Virus record (IMG/VR): IMGVR_UViG_3300045988_154892
Strand: one strand, 5' to 3'
Source of the DNA: a virus
Length of the DNA: 64,000 bases
Position 1 is the first letter of the stretch. Every line of letters begins with the position of its first letter. Positions 38,485 to 49,140 of the stretch are shown here, piece after piece. The position numbers were made by a program, and so were the translations under genes. Under the pieces are notes generated by a model, which was given only the letters and a program-made list of their open reading frames with translations, did not search any database and was not told where the DNA came from.

Positions 38485-39171
38485 CTAAATTGAAATTTCA
38501 TATTGCGTTGTAGTTTCAAAAGATTGTCCATCTTTTTCAACAGTGCATACAATATCAAGTATATGATCTAAATAAGTTCTATCATTTGGAAATTTAATTT
38601 TGATTTGATTGTTAGATTTAACTACAAACCATGTAACCTTTTCAGTTAAGTCTTCTTCATCGACCGAACATTTCCATGAAAAAGTTGCATTAGAATAGTT
38701 GTCCGTTATCTCATTATGATCATCGTCATAAATCTTTAACGTTAATAACTTATAAGTGCCTCCAACTTTAATTTTTGGAGTAGAAGATATGATTTCAGAA
38801 TTTAATTTATTTGTAATAGGATCTGGTTCGATTGGCTCAATATCAGAATCATAATAATCAGCCCACATTCCTATAATATTTCCATCAGAATCTTTTTCAA
38901 TATAATCTTTGTTTTGATCAAAATAATCCTGATAGATAACAAGCTTCTGAATACCAATTGGTTGCGCATTTTCCACTTTACTGATTTTCCATGCTACAGG
39001 ATGATCGGTATAGGCACTAACTAAAACACGCATATTTTTGTTTTGGTCTGTTGAATACCAGATTTTTTCTGTAATACGGTTAAGAGGAAGCCAGATTTTA
39101 TCCTGGTTCTCTTGTTTTGTCATATATGTATCAGTCCAAAGGCCGCTGTTGTCTTGTAATGTGTTACTTTG
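38485..39171 (-). CDS. Structural-module gene, exon 2 (the 5' boundary is either 39171 or 39152)
   Basis: The track start is a TTG with no SD, and the frame is open upstream to a TAA inside intron-like RNA. The encoded sequence continues as ..QSNTLQDNSGLWTDTYMTKQENQ.. Confidence 0.55.
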   Translation of the reverse strand, partial: QSNTLQDNSGLWTDTYMTKQENQDKIWLPLNRITEKIWYSTDQNKNMRVLVSAYTDHPVAWKISKVENAQPIGIQKLVIYQDYFDQNKDYIEKDSDGNIIGMWADYYDSDIEPIEPDPITNKLNSEIISSTPKIKVGGTYKLLTLKIYDDDHNEITDNYSNATFSWKCSVDEEDLTEKVTWFVVKSNNQIKIKFPNDRTYLDHILDIVCTVEKDGQSFETTTQYEISI

Positions 39172-39427
39172 CAAACACGCTACGTTTACAAAGAATTATT
39201 TATAAAATAATTTTTCTCTATGTCTCCATAGAGTTCAGAGCACATCAACACCATATCTAAAAAGACTTAGGTGGTTCCCATTAACCCGCTTGGGTACTTG
39301 CTCGTTGAACGTTCTTCCTACATAAATAAGAAGCTTCACTGCTGATTGTCTCTATTTATCAGATTGTCACACTTAACTGTACTGATAACCTAACAAGATT
39401 TCCCAGCATAAAGAGAACTTTCGACAT
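39172..39427 (-). mobile_element. ORF-less group I-type intron splitting a structural gene (minimal extent; possibly 39153-39459)
   Basis: Shares a core block with TMP intron 6: GACAAUCAGCAG(Y)GAA..hairpin..GAACGUUCAACGA. It has a terminal hairpin with a GUAGCG loop and an AAAGUAACA motif near its 3' end, as in introns 1-3. Two in-frame splice-site pairs are possible. Confidence 0.55.
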
Positions 39428-40024
39428 ACCGTTTCCGATATGAAGCGCACAACTATACGAACTTTGCATTCTCAAGACTGCCCACATTTTCCTCTTAATT
39501 TTTCTATGACCATCTCGTTCAACCCATTCCAACTGATAATTGCATGGAAGGACAGAATATTTAATGAATTGATTCCCTATGTTTTTTGAAACAATCATCC
39601 ATTTTTCATAGACGCCCATATCATTGGGTAAATCCACGTAAAAACCGATCGGAAATTGCGTTTTGAATTTCCTGTGATAATCTGTTTCAAAATAATATAA
39701 GTCATCATTTTCTTCAAAGGTAAGTTTTTGTCTTGGACGAAATTGTAAATGATATTCGACTTGATCTTGTGATATTGATCCATACTGAGTTACAATAAAT
39801 TTTGCATCAATAGGTGTTTTAGTTGTATTTTCATAGGTCATATTCTGATTTTTATCTGGCTGGTCATCATGGTAAAAATCATAGATATAACACTTTTTGG
39901 ATTGGATATCGTTATCCCAGGTAAGATCCATAAGGTCATCAGATATGTTTTTCAGATTTTCGCCTACAGTACCAGATATCCCTACTGCTTGATACATTTT
40001 TTGCATTTCTTCAAATGAAGGCAT
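39428..40024 (-). CDS. Structural-module gene, exon 1 (3' boundary 39428, or 39460 under the alternative splice pair)
   Basis: True start is MPSFEEMQKMYQ at 40024 after GAGGAGGTG. The track tail (..MSKVLFMLGNLVRLSVQLSVTI) is intron read-through. Confidence 0.55.
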
Positions 40025-40028
40025 AGTA

Positions 40029-40358
40029 TTACACCTCCTCAATCTTAAGAACTGCCATTCCAGCATCCAATATTAGTTTTCTATATTTCCAGTATTTAAA
40101 CATTGGACTGTTGTAAAGATTTTGAGCTGCTTGCAACAAACTCATTGTGTCCGCAATAGCGAGAGGATATAGTAGAAGAGTGTTGTACCCATCTAATTTA
40201 TCCAACAAATTCTCAAAAGTTTTATTGACATCGACATTTGGATAGCTATCCGCTGTTTTTGGATCTACACACAATAATAAAAAGAAAATTGATCCACGAA
40301 TTGATTTTTGAATCTCTTCAACTTGATTATGAGGTATATTGCCATATAAATATTTCAT
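40029..40358 (-). CDS. Hypothetical head-tail module protein (109 aa)
   Basis: Tightly coupled ORF. Confidence 0.4.
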   Translation of the reverse strand: MKYLYGNIPHNQVEEIQKSIRGSIFFLLLCVDPKTADSYPNVDVNKTFENLLDKLDGYNTLLLYPLAIADTMSLLQAAQNLYNSPMFKYWKYRKLILDAGMAVLKIEEV

Positions 40359-40813
40359 GTTGTACCTCCGTCAAGATAAGAATTATATTCGTATCCATGA
40401 TCTCGAATGTATTTTCTGAGATTTCTTTTTAACTGTTCCAATCGATCAATATTATTCTTATAATTAGACTGCAATTTCTTTTCTTCTTTTCCACCGATCA
40501 TCATAGAAATATTTAAAATACTTTCTACTTGTGGTTGCATCCAAGAAATAACCATATATTGTGTTAAAATACTAAAAACAAATTCTTTATCTGATTCTTC
40601 GTCGATTGAATTATCTAACTCGAAAGTTATTTCTTCCATATCATCATCTAAACTAATTTGAGAAAATATTTTTCGAATATAAGGCTCTGCCACAGCATTA
40701 TGTAGCCAACCAGCCATTAGATTTGTCACATATGATTTTTGCAATCTGTAGAAATTTGGATCTGTTATAAGAGGATAAAATCGTTCAAATATATTTTCAT
40801 AATCGTAGGTCAT
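40355..40813 (-). CDS. Hypothetical head-tail connector candidate (152 aa)
   Basis: Called on position after the capsid genes only. Confidence 0.3.
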   Translation of the reverse strand: MTYDYENIFERFYPLITDPNFYRLQKSYVTNLMAGWLHNAVAEPYIRKIFSQISLDDDMEEITFELDNSIDEESDKEFVFSILTQYMVISWMQPQVESILNISMMIGGKEEKKLQSNYKNNIDRLEQLKRNLRKYIRDHGYEYNSYLDGGTT

Positions 40814-40835
40814 AATTCACCTCCGATCTTACTAA

Positions 40836-41492
40836 TTACATTTTTAGATCAAAACGAGTACCACAAACTTTGTCAATGATTTTCGCTTTGTTCCAATGTT
40901 CAAATGTACCATTTTCCATCTGAGTAGCGTAAATACCAATAATTCTATTTTTGGCGGTAATTGGTAACTGAATAAAAGCTGTTTCAAAATCACTATTAGG
41001 AAGATTCATAACTTTCTGAATATCTTCCTCGTTAAACATGCTTTCATAAACATCTTTTACTTCAAACCAATGATCATCATTAATTAGGTTTTCATCTTCG
41101 ATAATAATGTCTGGGTTAAAAATAGAACCTTTATGCTGAATCATTGCAGCTTTTAGATCTTGATATTCTACATTTCTGCGATCACCAGGGCCATTAAATG
41201 GATACACCATATGCGTATGATCCCCACTAAACAAGAAAACGCCTGGAAAAAGAGATCTGCAAGGAATCATCTCATCTGGCTTATAATCAGCATCTTTTTT
41301 TGATGTTTTCATCTGCTCAACTGAATCCATTTTTTTATTTACAGGTTGAATATAATTTGCCTTGACCATTTCTACAACATCATCGTCAAGGTTAGCCATA
41401 TGACTTTTGATACTAATGTCATTTTCCTGTAAAAGCTTAACGATATCAGAACTTGGTACATTAATTTGTTTTGCAAGTTCATAAACTTTCAT
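40836..41492 (-). CDS. Hypothetical protein with an N-terminal helical DNA/RNA-binding-like motif (218 aa)
   Basis: MKVYELAKQINVPSSDIVKLLQENDISIKSHM resembles IF2-N/Rho-N-type helical modules. Confidence 0.35.
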   Translation of the reverse strand: MKVYELAKQINVPSSDIVKLLQENDISIKSHMANLDDDVVEMVKANYIQPVNKKMDSVEQMKTSKKDADYKPDEMIPCRSLFPGVFLFSGDHTHMVYPFNGPGDRRNVEYQDLKAAMIQHKGSIFNPDIIIEDENLINDDHWFEVKDVYESMFNEEDIQKVMNLPNSDFETAFIQLPITAKNRIIGIYATQMENGTFEHWNKAKIIDKVCGTRFDLKM

Positions 41493-41520
41493 AGTTATTT
41501 ATCCTTTCATTCATAAAAAT

Positions 41521-41545
41521 AGGAGTGCAGTCAATCCACACTCCT
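41521..41545 (-). terminator. Rho-independent terminator after the capsid gene
   Basis: On the - strand, AGGAGUG-UGGAUUGACUG-CACUCCU is followed by AUUUUUAU. Confidence 0.7.
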
Positions 41546-41564
41546 AAAATAATTATACTTAAGA

Positions 41565-42668
41565 TCAGGTTCCAATCTCCCAGGTACCAAAGCGTACATT
41601 GGTCATAGTTTCAAGACCCATGCATGTTCTAATCTTATAATCCTTGGTTTCGTCTCCTGTGTCGCCCATTTCGTTTCTTTCAAATGTAGCGTCTGATCCT
41701 TCGTATACAAATTTGATGAATTTATCAATGTTATTTGGCATAACGAGAAGTTTTGTATCATCCTCAAGATATTTAGTTACATCATTGTAGGCAAATGCCT
41801 GTGGAATCTCAACAAGATCGGTGCCTTCGAAAGTACCAAGACGGCCCATTCTATATAAATCGCTTTTTGCTTCGGTGGATGCCCATTGAACATTACCAAA
41901 GTTTACAAGCTCGCCCAGGGCTACTTCTGTACCCATAATTACGGCTTTGGAACCAGTAGCAAGTTGTACATCAGAAATAAGTCTCTTAAGTTTTGCTTTA
42001 TTTTCTGGTTTTGCCTCACCTTTAATATTCCATTTAGTTGGAACTGGGAGCTGTTTTGAAGCAGACATAACTGCATCATGAAGCATTGTATTTGTATAAC
42101 GATTGAAAGCTTCTGTAATTTTATTCAGAAGTTCATTCCAATCTTCAACACCCTGCATGAATCTTGTTAAGTCAACATATACGGACATACCATAGTATCC
42201 AGTGCTTACGGTTCTTGTCTGTCCACCAGCGAGTCTCTGACGTTCAATCGCATGATGACCATTTGCAATTTTTGCAACAGTTAGAATACAATCATCTTTG
42301 ACATAAAAACTGTTCTTCTCGCCAATAGCAACATTTTTGAAATCAACATATTTTCTGAAGAATGGATCAGCTGACCATCCAGTAACAAGAGTGTCATCAA
42401 GTGTATCTTCGATAATTTCAAATAAAGCTTCTCTAACGGATGTTCTGCCTAATGCTCGTTTGATTTGATGGTCTGTTGGATTCTCAGGTAGACCGGCAAT
42501 ATTTATAAATTTCTTTCTAATAACAACATTGGCATCGGCCTGAGATTGTCCTTGAAGTCTATCATTATATGTATCAATACAGATTTTTGTGAACGTTCTA
42601 ACGTCATTCATATCTGCAAACTTTTCCTGATTTAAATCAGTATATTCATTAAAAAATAGTTTTCTCAT
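41565..42668 (-). CDS. Major capsid protein candidate (367 aa)
   Basis: It lies after the scaffold-like gene, is followed by a strong terminator, and has a size typical of HK97-fold capsid proteins. Confidence 0.55.
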   Translation of the reverse strand: MRKLFFNEYTDLNQEKFADMNDVRTFTKICIDTYNDRLQGQSQADANVVIRKKFINIAGLPENPTDHQIKRALGRTSVREALFEIIEDTLDDTLVTGWSADPFFRKYVDFKNVAIGEKNSFYVKDDCILTVAKIANGHHAIERQRLAGGQTRTVSTGYYGMSVYVDLTRFMQGVEDWNELLNKITEAFNRYTNTMLHDAVMSASKQLPVPTKWNIKGEAKPENKAKLKRLISDVQLATGSKAVIMGTEVALGELVNFGNVQWASTEAKSDLYRMGRLGTFEGTDLVEIPQAFAYNDVTKYLEDDTKLLVMPNNIDKFIKFVYEGSDATFERNEMGDTGDETKDYKIRTCMGLETMTNVRFGTWEIGT

Positions 42669-42688
42669 AATTTAATCTACCTCCTTTC

Positions 42689-43237
42689 CTATGCTTCTAC
42701 TGCGCGATTACGTTTTACGAATACTGCGTACTCGCCATTTGGCCATTGTTTGTAAATATATCCAACAAAACCATTTGTTGGATTGGTTGCATTCGGATCT
42801 GCAGCAACGGTCGTAAGTTTGAATCCAGAACCATCTACAACAACATACTTGCCTACGGCAAGTTCTGCATTATCTTTAAATGCTTCCTTGGAAAGACTAA
42901 ATCTATCTGTCTCAAATACTTCAAAAGCACGAATAATTTCACCTTTTCCGTTGTAGAATTGAGACTCTTCCTGCATTCTCTTTGTGTATTCCTCATAAAT
43001 TTTTACTGGATTTGCAAGAATAACAATTTTATCAGTTACTGCTGGTGCTGTACCGACTTTAAATACATCGCTTTCTTTATAATTTTCAGGTTTAAGAACT
43101 GCTACAGAACCATTGTCCATATCAGCACCATCATTAACCATGTTATAAAATGCGTTTGGAATATCTGTTGCGTGCATTAAAGTGCTATGAAATACGCCAT
43201 GTTTTTTATAAGCATAAGTATCAAAATTTGATGCCAT
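42689..43237 (-). CDS. Hypothetical head protein (decoration/auxiliary candidate), 182 aa
   Basis: It lies between the scaffold-like and capsid genes. Confidence 0.3.
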   Translation of the reverse strand: MASNFDTYAYKKHGVFHSTLMHATDIPNAFYNMVNDGADMDNGSVAVLKPENYKESDVFKVGTAPAVTDKIVILANPVKIYEEYTKRMQEESQFYNGKGEIIRAFEVFETDRFSLSKEAFKDNAELAVGKYVVVDGSGFKLTTVAADPNATNPTNGFVGYIYKQWPNGEYAVFVKRNRAVEA

Positions 43238-43312
43238 TTAAATTTTCCTCCTTTTGAAATTTTGAATAATAAAAAGAACCAATGCTCAATTGGTTCAGAA
43301 ATAACATTTCAA

Positions 43313-45124
43313 TTATTTTTTAAGAGATTTAAAATAATCTCCATATGGTGACTTTTCGTCATCTACAGTAGATCCTTCAGAATCTACTCCGAATCGCATT
43401 CCACCATTGAATTTCTTTTTTGTTTCTTTTTCTGGATTTTTTGCAGAGAAAGTTTCTGCATGAGATGTGATATAATCCGCAAAAATTACTTTTGCTTCTT
43501 TTTCGAGATCAACCAGATTGTATTTATCCATATTCTCAACTAGAGATTTGAACTCATCTGTATCTTTCAGAACAGCATATTTTTCTGCACTTAGAATTTC
43601 TTCTCTTTGAGAATGAAGTTTAGAAAATTCTGCGTTGCTTTTATACTCAACAAGTGCTGCATAATTATTTCTCATTTCATCGAGTTCGTTAAGCTCTTCT
43701 TGAGTAAGATATGTAGCAAACACTTCGACGCGATCACCGGTAAGAGAGAAGTTATCTCCATCTTGAGAATACGTTTGTTTGTACGCAATACCCGTCCAAT
43801 AATCAGACATAACCAGATATTTTTCATAAACTTTTACAGAATACCAACAATTATCTGATTCACCATACTGAGTATTTACCAGATTAGATAATGCAAAAAT
43901 TTTATCATCTAAAGCCACTTCAAAAGATTTTATATTGCCATCAATGTCAATTGAATATTTTTTCTTTTTCTTTTCACCTGTAGTTGATGTAACATCAGAT
44001 TCAGGGTCATCTTCGGATGATTTTTCACTATCAGACTCCTCTGGATTTTCATGACTGTTATCATTGTTTTTGCCGTCTGTCGTCGATTCAGCAGCATCTG
44101 AATTCTGTTCTGTATTCTGATTGCCTTCTTCTGCATTTGACTCTGGTGCCGAATTATCATCTTGATTTTCCAAAGTACTATCCGTATTACTATCGGTTGC
44201 GTCTGTACCCTCGAACTTTTCTTTAAATTTCGCTTCTAGTTCTCCATCAGATAATCCTTCGTAATCAAAATCAATATCTTCTTTTTTTACATTATATTTC
44301 TTTAACAATTCTTCGAATTTCAACAAATTTCCTCCTTTCGTAGAATTTTTATCATTGAAACAAACCTGCTCTAATCTGGATTCCAAATTAGAAATTCTGG
44401 TTTGCAAATCAATCAAAACTGAATTATGTTCTTCGCTAAAATCTACAATATCAGCTCTAGAACCTTCCATGCCTTCTCCTATTTCGGTTCCATCATTACG
44501 AGATCCCAAAAAAGTCGAGGCGTTTACATAGAAATTTTCCAGATCAAGTACTTTTTCTTTTGAATCATAAGATAATTCCTCAATAACAAGTTCGCAGCTA
44601 TTCTTTGTTCCATTTTTATTTTTTAAAATTGATACAGCCTTTGTATAATCTTCTGCAATGTAAGCATAAGCACACACAAAATCCTTATCTAACTTATCAT
44701 CATGTTCCCAAAAAGCTGGTTCAGAAGAAAACGAACCGATTTGGGATTCAATATATACATTTTCCTTTTCGCCTGTTTCTTCATTAACAACTGTTTTTAT
44801 CTCATGACCTTCAAAATCCCAAGAGCCATCGTCTAACTGATGAATTGCTCCAAGCACAGGCCTATCTGGAATTGTCTTCATTGCGCGTTCAGCAGATTCT
44901 TTTGAAACGCGCGATTTATTTCTGTTTTTCCCTGTATGGAAAATTTTAATTTTGACTTTTTGCATACCACGATGGTTTTCATCAACTGAATCCTCGGACT
45001 CAAATGTTGTCGGAACTTTCACTGCAAGTTTGTATCCAGTATCTTCTGAACTAAATTTTGCAAATTTTTGTTCCTCACAAAATTTAACTAAATCATCAAT
45101 GGTAAGCATTGTTTTATTACGCAT
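43313..45124 (-). CDS. Scaffold / prohead-protease-like fusion protein (603 aa)
   Basis: It lies after the portal gene. It has an N-terminal globular part (..RPVLGAIHQLDDGSWDFEGHE..), a long acidic low-complexity middle and a helical C-terminus. Confidence 0.4.
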   Translation of the reverse strand: MRNKTMLTIDDLVKFCEEQKFAKFSSEDTGYKLAVKVPTTFESEDSVDENHRGMQKVKIKIFHTGKNRNKSRVSKESAERAMKTIPDRPVLGAIHQLDDGSWDFEGHEIKTVVNEETGEKENVYIESQIGSFSSEPAFWEHDDKLDKDFVCAYAYIAEDYTKAVSILKNKNGTKNSCELVIEELSYDSKEKVLDLENFYVNASTFLGSRNDGTEIGEGMEGSRADIVDFSEEHNSVLIDLQTRISNLESRLEQVCFNDKNSTKGGNLLKFEELLKKYNVKKEDIDFDYEGLSDGELEAKFKEKFEGTDATDSNTDSTLENQDDNSAPESNAEEGNQNTEQNSDAAESTTDGKNNDNSHENPEESDSEKSSEDDPESDVTSTTGEKKKKKYSIDIDGNIKSFEVALDDKIFALSNLVNTQYGESDNCWYSVKVYEKYLVMSDYWTGIAYKQTYSQDGDNFSLTGDRVEVFATYLTQEELNELDEMRNNYAALVEYKSNAEFSKLHSQREEILSAEKYAVLKDTDEFKSLVENMDKYNLVDLEKEAKVIFADYITSHAETFSAKNPEKETKKKFNGGMRFGVDSEGSTVDDEKSPYGDYFKSLKK

Positions 45125-45183
45125 CCTATTGTCTACCTCCTTTCTTCAGAATATAAAAAATCCCATCCTGAAAGATGAGATAG

Positions 45184-45363
45184 TTAAACGTAAAGAATAT
45201 TACTATATTGAATTTTTGATAAATCTAAATCATCGGAAAAATATAGTTTATCATCATTTAAAAATGTATAGACGCCGTTTTGCGTATCAATAATTTGATA
45301 TCCCGATTTTACAAGCGTCTTCATTGTATCTATATCAGACACTTTAATAAAATTTTTCTTCAT
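45184..45363 (-). CDS. Hypothetical 59-aa protein
   Basis: My own translation (MKKNFIKVSDIDTMKTLVKSGYQIIDTQNG...) after AGGAG; below the track cutoff. Confidence 0.45.
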   Translation of the reverse strand: MKKNFIKVSDIDTMKTLVKSGYQIIDTQNGVYTFLNDDKLYFSDDLDLSKIQYSNILYV

Positions 45364-45380
45364 ATAAGTATCAGCTCCTA

Positions 45381-47048
45381 TTACATATTATTTTTATCTT
45401 GTTCACGAGTATCTGAGCCACTGTCTGTCAAATCTGTTGCATCAGATTCTGGCCTTCCTCCAGATATAGGATCTGTTCCAGAGCTTGTTTGAGTATAGCT
45501 TGTATTTAATGGAGTCATAAGATTTGATAATCCGAGTGCATTTTCAAGATACAACGCAGATAATTGTTCAAGCTGCGTATCGCCGTCGAGAATACCAATT
45601 TTCATTTTTGCAAATCCATTTTGAGCTGATTCAAGATACTCTTTCCTTTTGGATTTTCTTGTATACGGGCAGACACCTTCGAGGTATTTGATAGAAGCGT
45701 GATCTGTTCCAATAACATAATTAAAATACAGATTTAGATAACGATTAATTTGTGGAACCAGCGTACTATGCGCAATTTCCATGTCTGCGATAATTTGCGC
45801 TTCATAAATAGTAGATCCTGTTTTGTCATTATCAAGAATAACACCACCAATTCTCTTAAACAGATTTGATAAAGAACTAGAGATCATATCTGTATCATCG
45901 GTTGTATTAAGATCCTTAAATTCAATTGGCTCTATTGGAATAGGAGATAGACATGCGTTTACGCATTCAGGGAGTTTTTCAGCAAACTTATTATAATATT
46001 GAAGCGCAGTTACTGGATCAACTTCAAAATTATCTGGTTCATCAGATCCAGATATAGGCTTAAGTCTTGCAACAAGTAGTTTATATGCACTCAATTGATC
46101 TTTAGCCGTCTTTAAGGCTTGTAAATCAATGTTAGAAATTATGCTTTCAAATAACGAAGCAAACGGTGGATAATCCATAGTTGGATCATCAGAATTTATC
46201 TTGAAACAAATTTGCCTTTCTGGCTCCAGCTCTTGCCAACGAAAAGTAGAATCTTTTTGATAAGCTTCATATTTAGATTTAAATTCACTATCCCAATATT
46301 CGAGATAAGCTTCATGTGAACGAAAATACGAGAAATCAAACGCGAATCGAAATACACCGGCTTCGATCGAAGAAATTCTGCAATAATCTCCATCTAGGAT
46401 TTGGTAGAAACACGTACCACCTTCTTGGTCAGAATCATCATAGACATATGCATATACTGTATCTTCGCGCCATGCTACTAATAAAAGTTTTGTGATTTCA
46501 TCTTTGAAATCTAATCGCTGCCATCGAACTAGGGTTTCATAATACTTCTGTACAATTTCATTATTATTTATTGGTTGTGTTAAGTCGACAAGTGGAGTGA
46601 TATTAAAAGCGTCTCCACATATCATCCTGGCATAAAAATTACAAATACGACGATATTCATAACATAATCTATACAAATATCTACTTAAATTTCTAATTTG
46701 AGATTCATAGGATTTTGGGGATTTAAGATATGTACGAAGTGTTTCTCTAGAATAAGTCTGAAATGTTCTGTTTTCTGTTTTTGATAAGTCAACCAGCTGC
46801 AGTGCATCAAGCATCGCTTTAGTTGTTGCAAACATTTCATTTACGCGTTCTTGCTTAGTAAGCGTTGTACTGATTTCTTTAACGGTCTTTGCACCTTGCG
46901 GAGTACTCACTGTTGGTTTGATAGATTTTCTTGCATTCGCAAGTAATTTATCTACTTTATCCGTCTTTTTGCTTTGTGTTGTATTAGAAATGGGAGGTGT
47001 ATTATCTAACACCTTCGGTTTGTTTTTTGATCCTTTAGGTCTACCCAA
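45381..47048 (-). CDS. Portal protein (555 aa)
   Basis: Immediately downstream of the large terminase, with typical size and a basic N-terminus and acidic C-terminus. Confidence 0.65.
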   Translation of the reverse strand: MGRPKGSKNKPKVLDNTPPISNTTQSKKTDKVDKLLANARKSIKPTVSTPQGAKTVKEISTTLTKQERVNEMFATTKAMLDALQLVDLSKTENRTFQTYSRETLRTYLKSPKSYESQIRNLSRYLYRLCYEYRRICNFYARMICGDAFNITPLVDLTQPINNNEIVQKYYETLVRWQRLDFKDEITKLLLVAWREDTVYAYVYDDSDQEGGTCFYQILDGDYCRISSIEAGVFRFAFDFSYFRSHEAYLEYWDSEFKSKYEAYQKDSTFRWQELEPERQICFKINSDDPTMDYPPFASLFESIISNIDLQALKTAKDQLSAYKLLVARLKPISGSDEPDNFEVDPVTALQYYNKFAEKLPECVNACLSPIPIEPIEFKDLNTTDDTDMISSSLSNLFKRIGGVILDNDKTGSTIYEAQIIADMEIAHSTLVPQINRYLNLYFNYVIGTDHASIKYLEGVCPYTRKSKRKEYLESAQNGFAKMKIGILDGDTQLEQLSALYLENALGLSNLMTPLNTSYTQTSSGTDPISGGRPESDATDLTDSGSDTREQDKNNM

Positions 47049-47115
47049 TGATACACCTTCCTTTCGTAAAATTTATATTTTTAATTGGAGAATAAGAGAG
47101 AAGTGTGGGATAAAT

Positions 47116-49140
47116 TTAGTCAAAATATGAAAATGTTTTTGCTGTTTGAATTGGTAGCATATCGACGAGATTAGAAGAAGAGATAGATTTCTTCTTTTTA
47201 TTTTTAATATGTTCAAGTCTTTTTTCCGATAGGAACCAGCCTAACATTGCTAAGACATATGCCCTATCGTCGTGCATAGTTGCTTCAGAATTCCCCGTAT
47301 CCGCATCTTTATGTGGAGGAAGTTTAAAACTATCTTTTCCACCTTCTCTTTTTGTTCTGCAAATATTCACAATTTCTTCCTTCATGGCATCGATTTGAAC
47401 TAACGCCACCTCTTCATCCAAAGATAATTTATATGTAGTGGTTTTCGCTGATTCTATTTCAGATAATCTTTCTTCTAATTGTTCTTCATATTCACTGATA
47501 TCCAAATTCATTTTATCTAATTCAGCGCGAATACTTTCTTCAGACTTATGCATTAGCTCATCATCGACTTCCAGTATATTTAAGTAACCTTTATTGTCAT
47601 ATTTTTCAGTGAAATGAATTTTATTTGCTTCAACCATTTTTATCAAAGCTTCAAACATCTCTGATTTATATTTTGATGGTTCAATCAATTTTAACTTATT
47701 AACTGCTTCTGGATATCTCTTTGAATAGATATCTCCGTTTGTATAGTCTTTGTCAATTAATCCATGATGATTTTTCCCTGTTTTGTCTTTCCATTCCTCA
47801 ATTAGACTATCTCTAACCCAAGAGTTTCCACCTCCACCAGATCCTGCATCTGCCAAAACCAATTCGATGTTATCATAATCTAACGCATCACCATTGTAAT
47901 CCAACAGAAGATTATGCAATTCACGTATCTGGTCTTGTGTCATCATAGGAGTTTTCCTTCGAAGGCCTAAATCAGAAAATGAAATAACATTTACAATATC
48001 CATTGTGTACCCATCTTCTTCGTTGTATAATAGTTCTCCGATACCTAAAATTGAATTATCAGTAGATCTTGCTGGGTCATATGCAAATACAAATTTTCTT
48101 TCATTTGTATCATTATATAAAACAGGAGGCCTGTTATAAGAATTTCGAACAATTAGCGCACGTTTAATAATTTGTCCAACTCCACCATCTTGCGTAAATT
48201 GGTTATAATATTCTCGCATAGCTTTTTCAGGATTGTTTCTGATTTCATTCTCGATTGTTTCTCTATTTAACAATGAAGCAGGATAAGGTTTTCCGTGAAA
48301 AGTAGTGTTTATTACTATATCACAATTCAGATCCGCAACAAAATATCTTGGATCACCTAAAAACATTTTCTTTGAAAAGTCACGATATTTCTGATAAAAT
48401 GCAGTATCTACAGAAGATGCAGAGGATGCATATAATAATTGATGAGGGAATTCTTTTGGAACTGTGGCGACATCAATATCTCCGCCAAGTTTAAAGTCTG
48501 CACTCTGAGTTGTAAACGCACCAATAACATTGAATTCTTCTTCAGAAAGCCATCCTCCCTCATCAAAATAGACGGCCTCTGCACGTTTACCTCTTTTCGC
48601 ATTAATATTACTATTTAAGGTCTTCACAAAACTGCCATTATAAAGTTTATACGTGAATCCCATTGGATTATGGACAAAACCGGATGAATTCGCCTGAGAT
48701 ATTTCCACTTCATTTCTAAATACATCCGTAAGACCAGTCATTGATTCAATATTTTTCATTGCAATATCTTCAATTTTTCTAAATGTTTCTTGTGACTGAT
48801 CTGCAGTTCCAGAACAAATATATATTCTATAATTATTATGTAAAAGTCCACGAAGCATTGCATACAACGCTAATTTTGTTGTCTTACCAGCATTTCGACT
48901 TTCTAGCCATAGGACATACGGTCTTGTCCAGCTCATCATGAATGTATATTCCTGTGAATCTAATAAATCTACGCCCACGAATTCTGATAAAAATTTCGTT
49001 GGATATCGTAATCCCCATTGTTTTATTTCAGCTAATTTTTGATAACTTTCTAATTTTCTCTGAGATATTTCACGTTCTGTTGGTTTTACATAGATTTGGT
49101 AATTATTCGGCAATAAGATTCCAGAGTCTGTCTCAAGCAT
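47116..49140 (-). CDS. terL: Terminase large subunit (674 aa)
   Basis: Walker A-like ESRNAGKTTK, Walker B-like AVYFDEGGW, and a C-terminal nuclease-sized domain with acidic motifs. Confidence 0.8.
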   Translation of the reverse strand: MLETDSGILLPNNYQIYVKPTEREISQRKLESYQKLAEIKQWGLRYPTKFLSEFVGVDLLDSQEYTFMMSWTRPYVLWLESRNAGKTTKLALYAMLRGLLHNNYRIYICSGTADQSQETFRKIEDIAMKNIESMTGLTDVFRNEVEISQANSSGFVHNPMGFTYKLYNGSFVKTLNSNINAKRGKRAEAVYFDEGGWLSEEEFNVIGAFTTQSADFKLGGDIDVATVPKEFPHQLLYASSASSVDTAFYQKYRDFSKKMFLGDPRYFVADLNCDIVINTTFHGKPYPASLLNRETIENEIRNNPEKAMREYYNQFTQDGGVGQIIKRALIVRNSYNRPPVLYNDTNERKFVFAYDPARSTDNSILGIGELLYNEEDGYTMDIVNVISFSDLGLRRKTPMMTQDQIRELHNLLLDYNGDALDYDNIELVLADAGSGGGGNSWVRDSLIEEWKDKTGKNHHGLIDKDYTNGDIYSKRYPEAVNKLKLIEPSKYKSEMFEALIKMVEANKIHFTEKYDNKGYLNILEVDDELMHKSEESIRAELDKMNLDISEYEEQLEERLSEIESAKTTTYKLSLDEEVALVQIDAMKEEIVNICRTKREGGKDSFKLPPHKDADTGNSEATMHDDRAYVLAMLGWFLSEKRLEHIKNKKKKSISSSNLVDMLPIQTAKTFSYFD

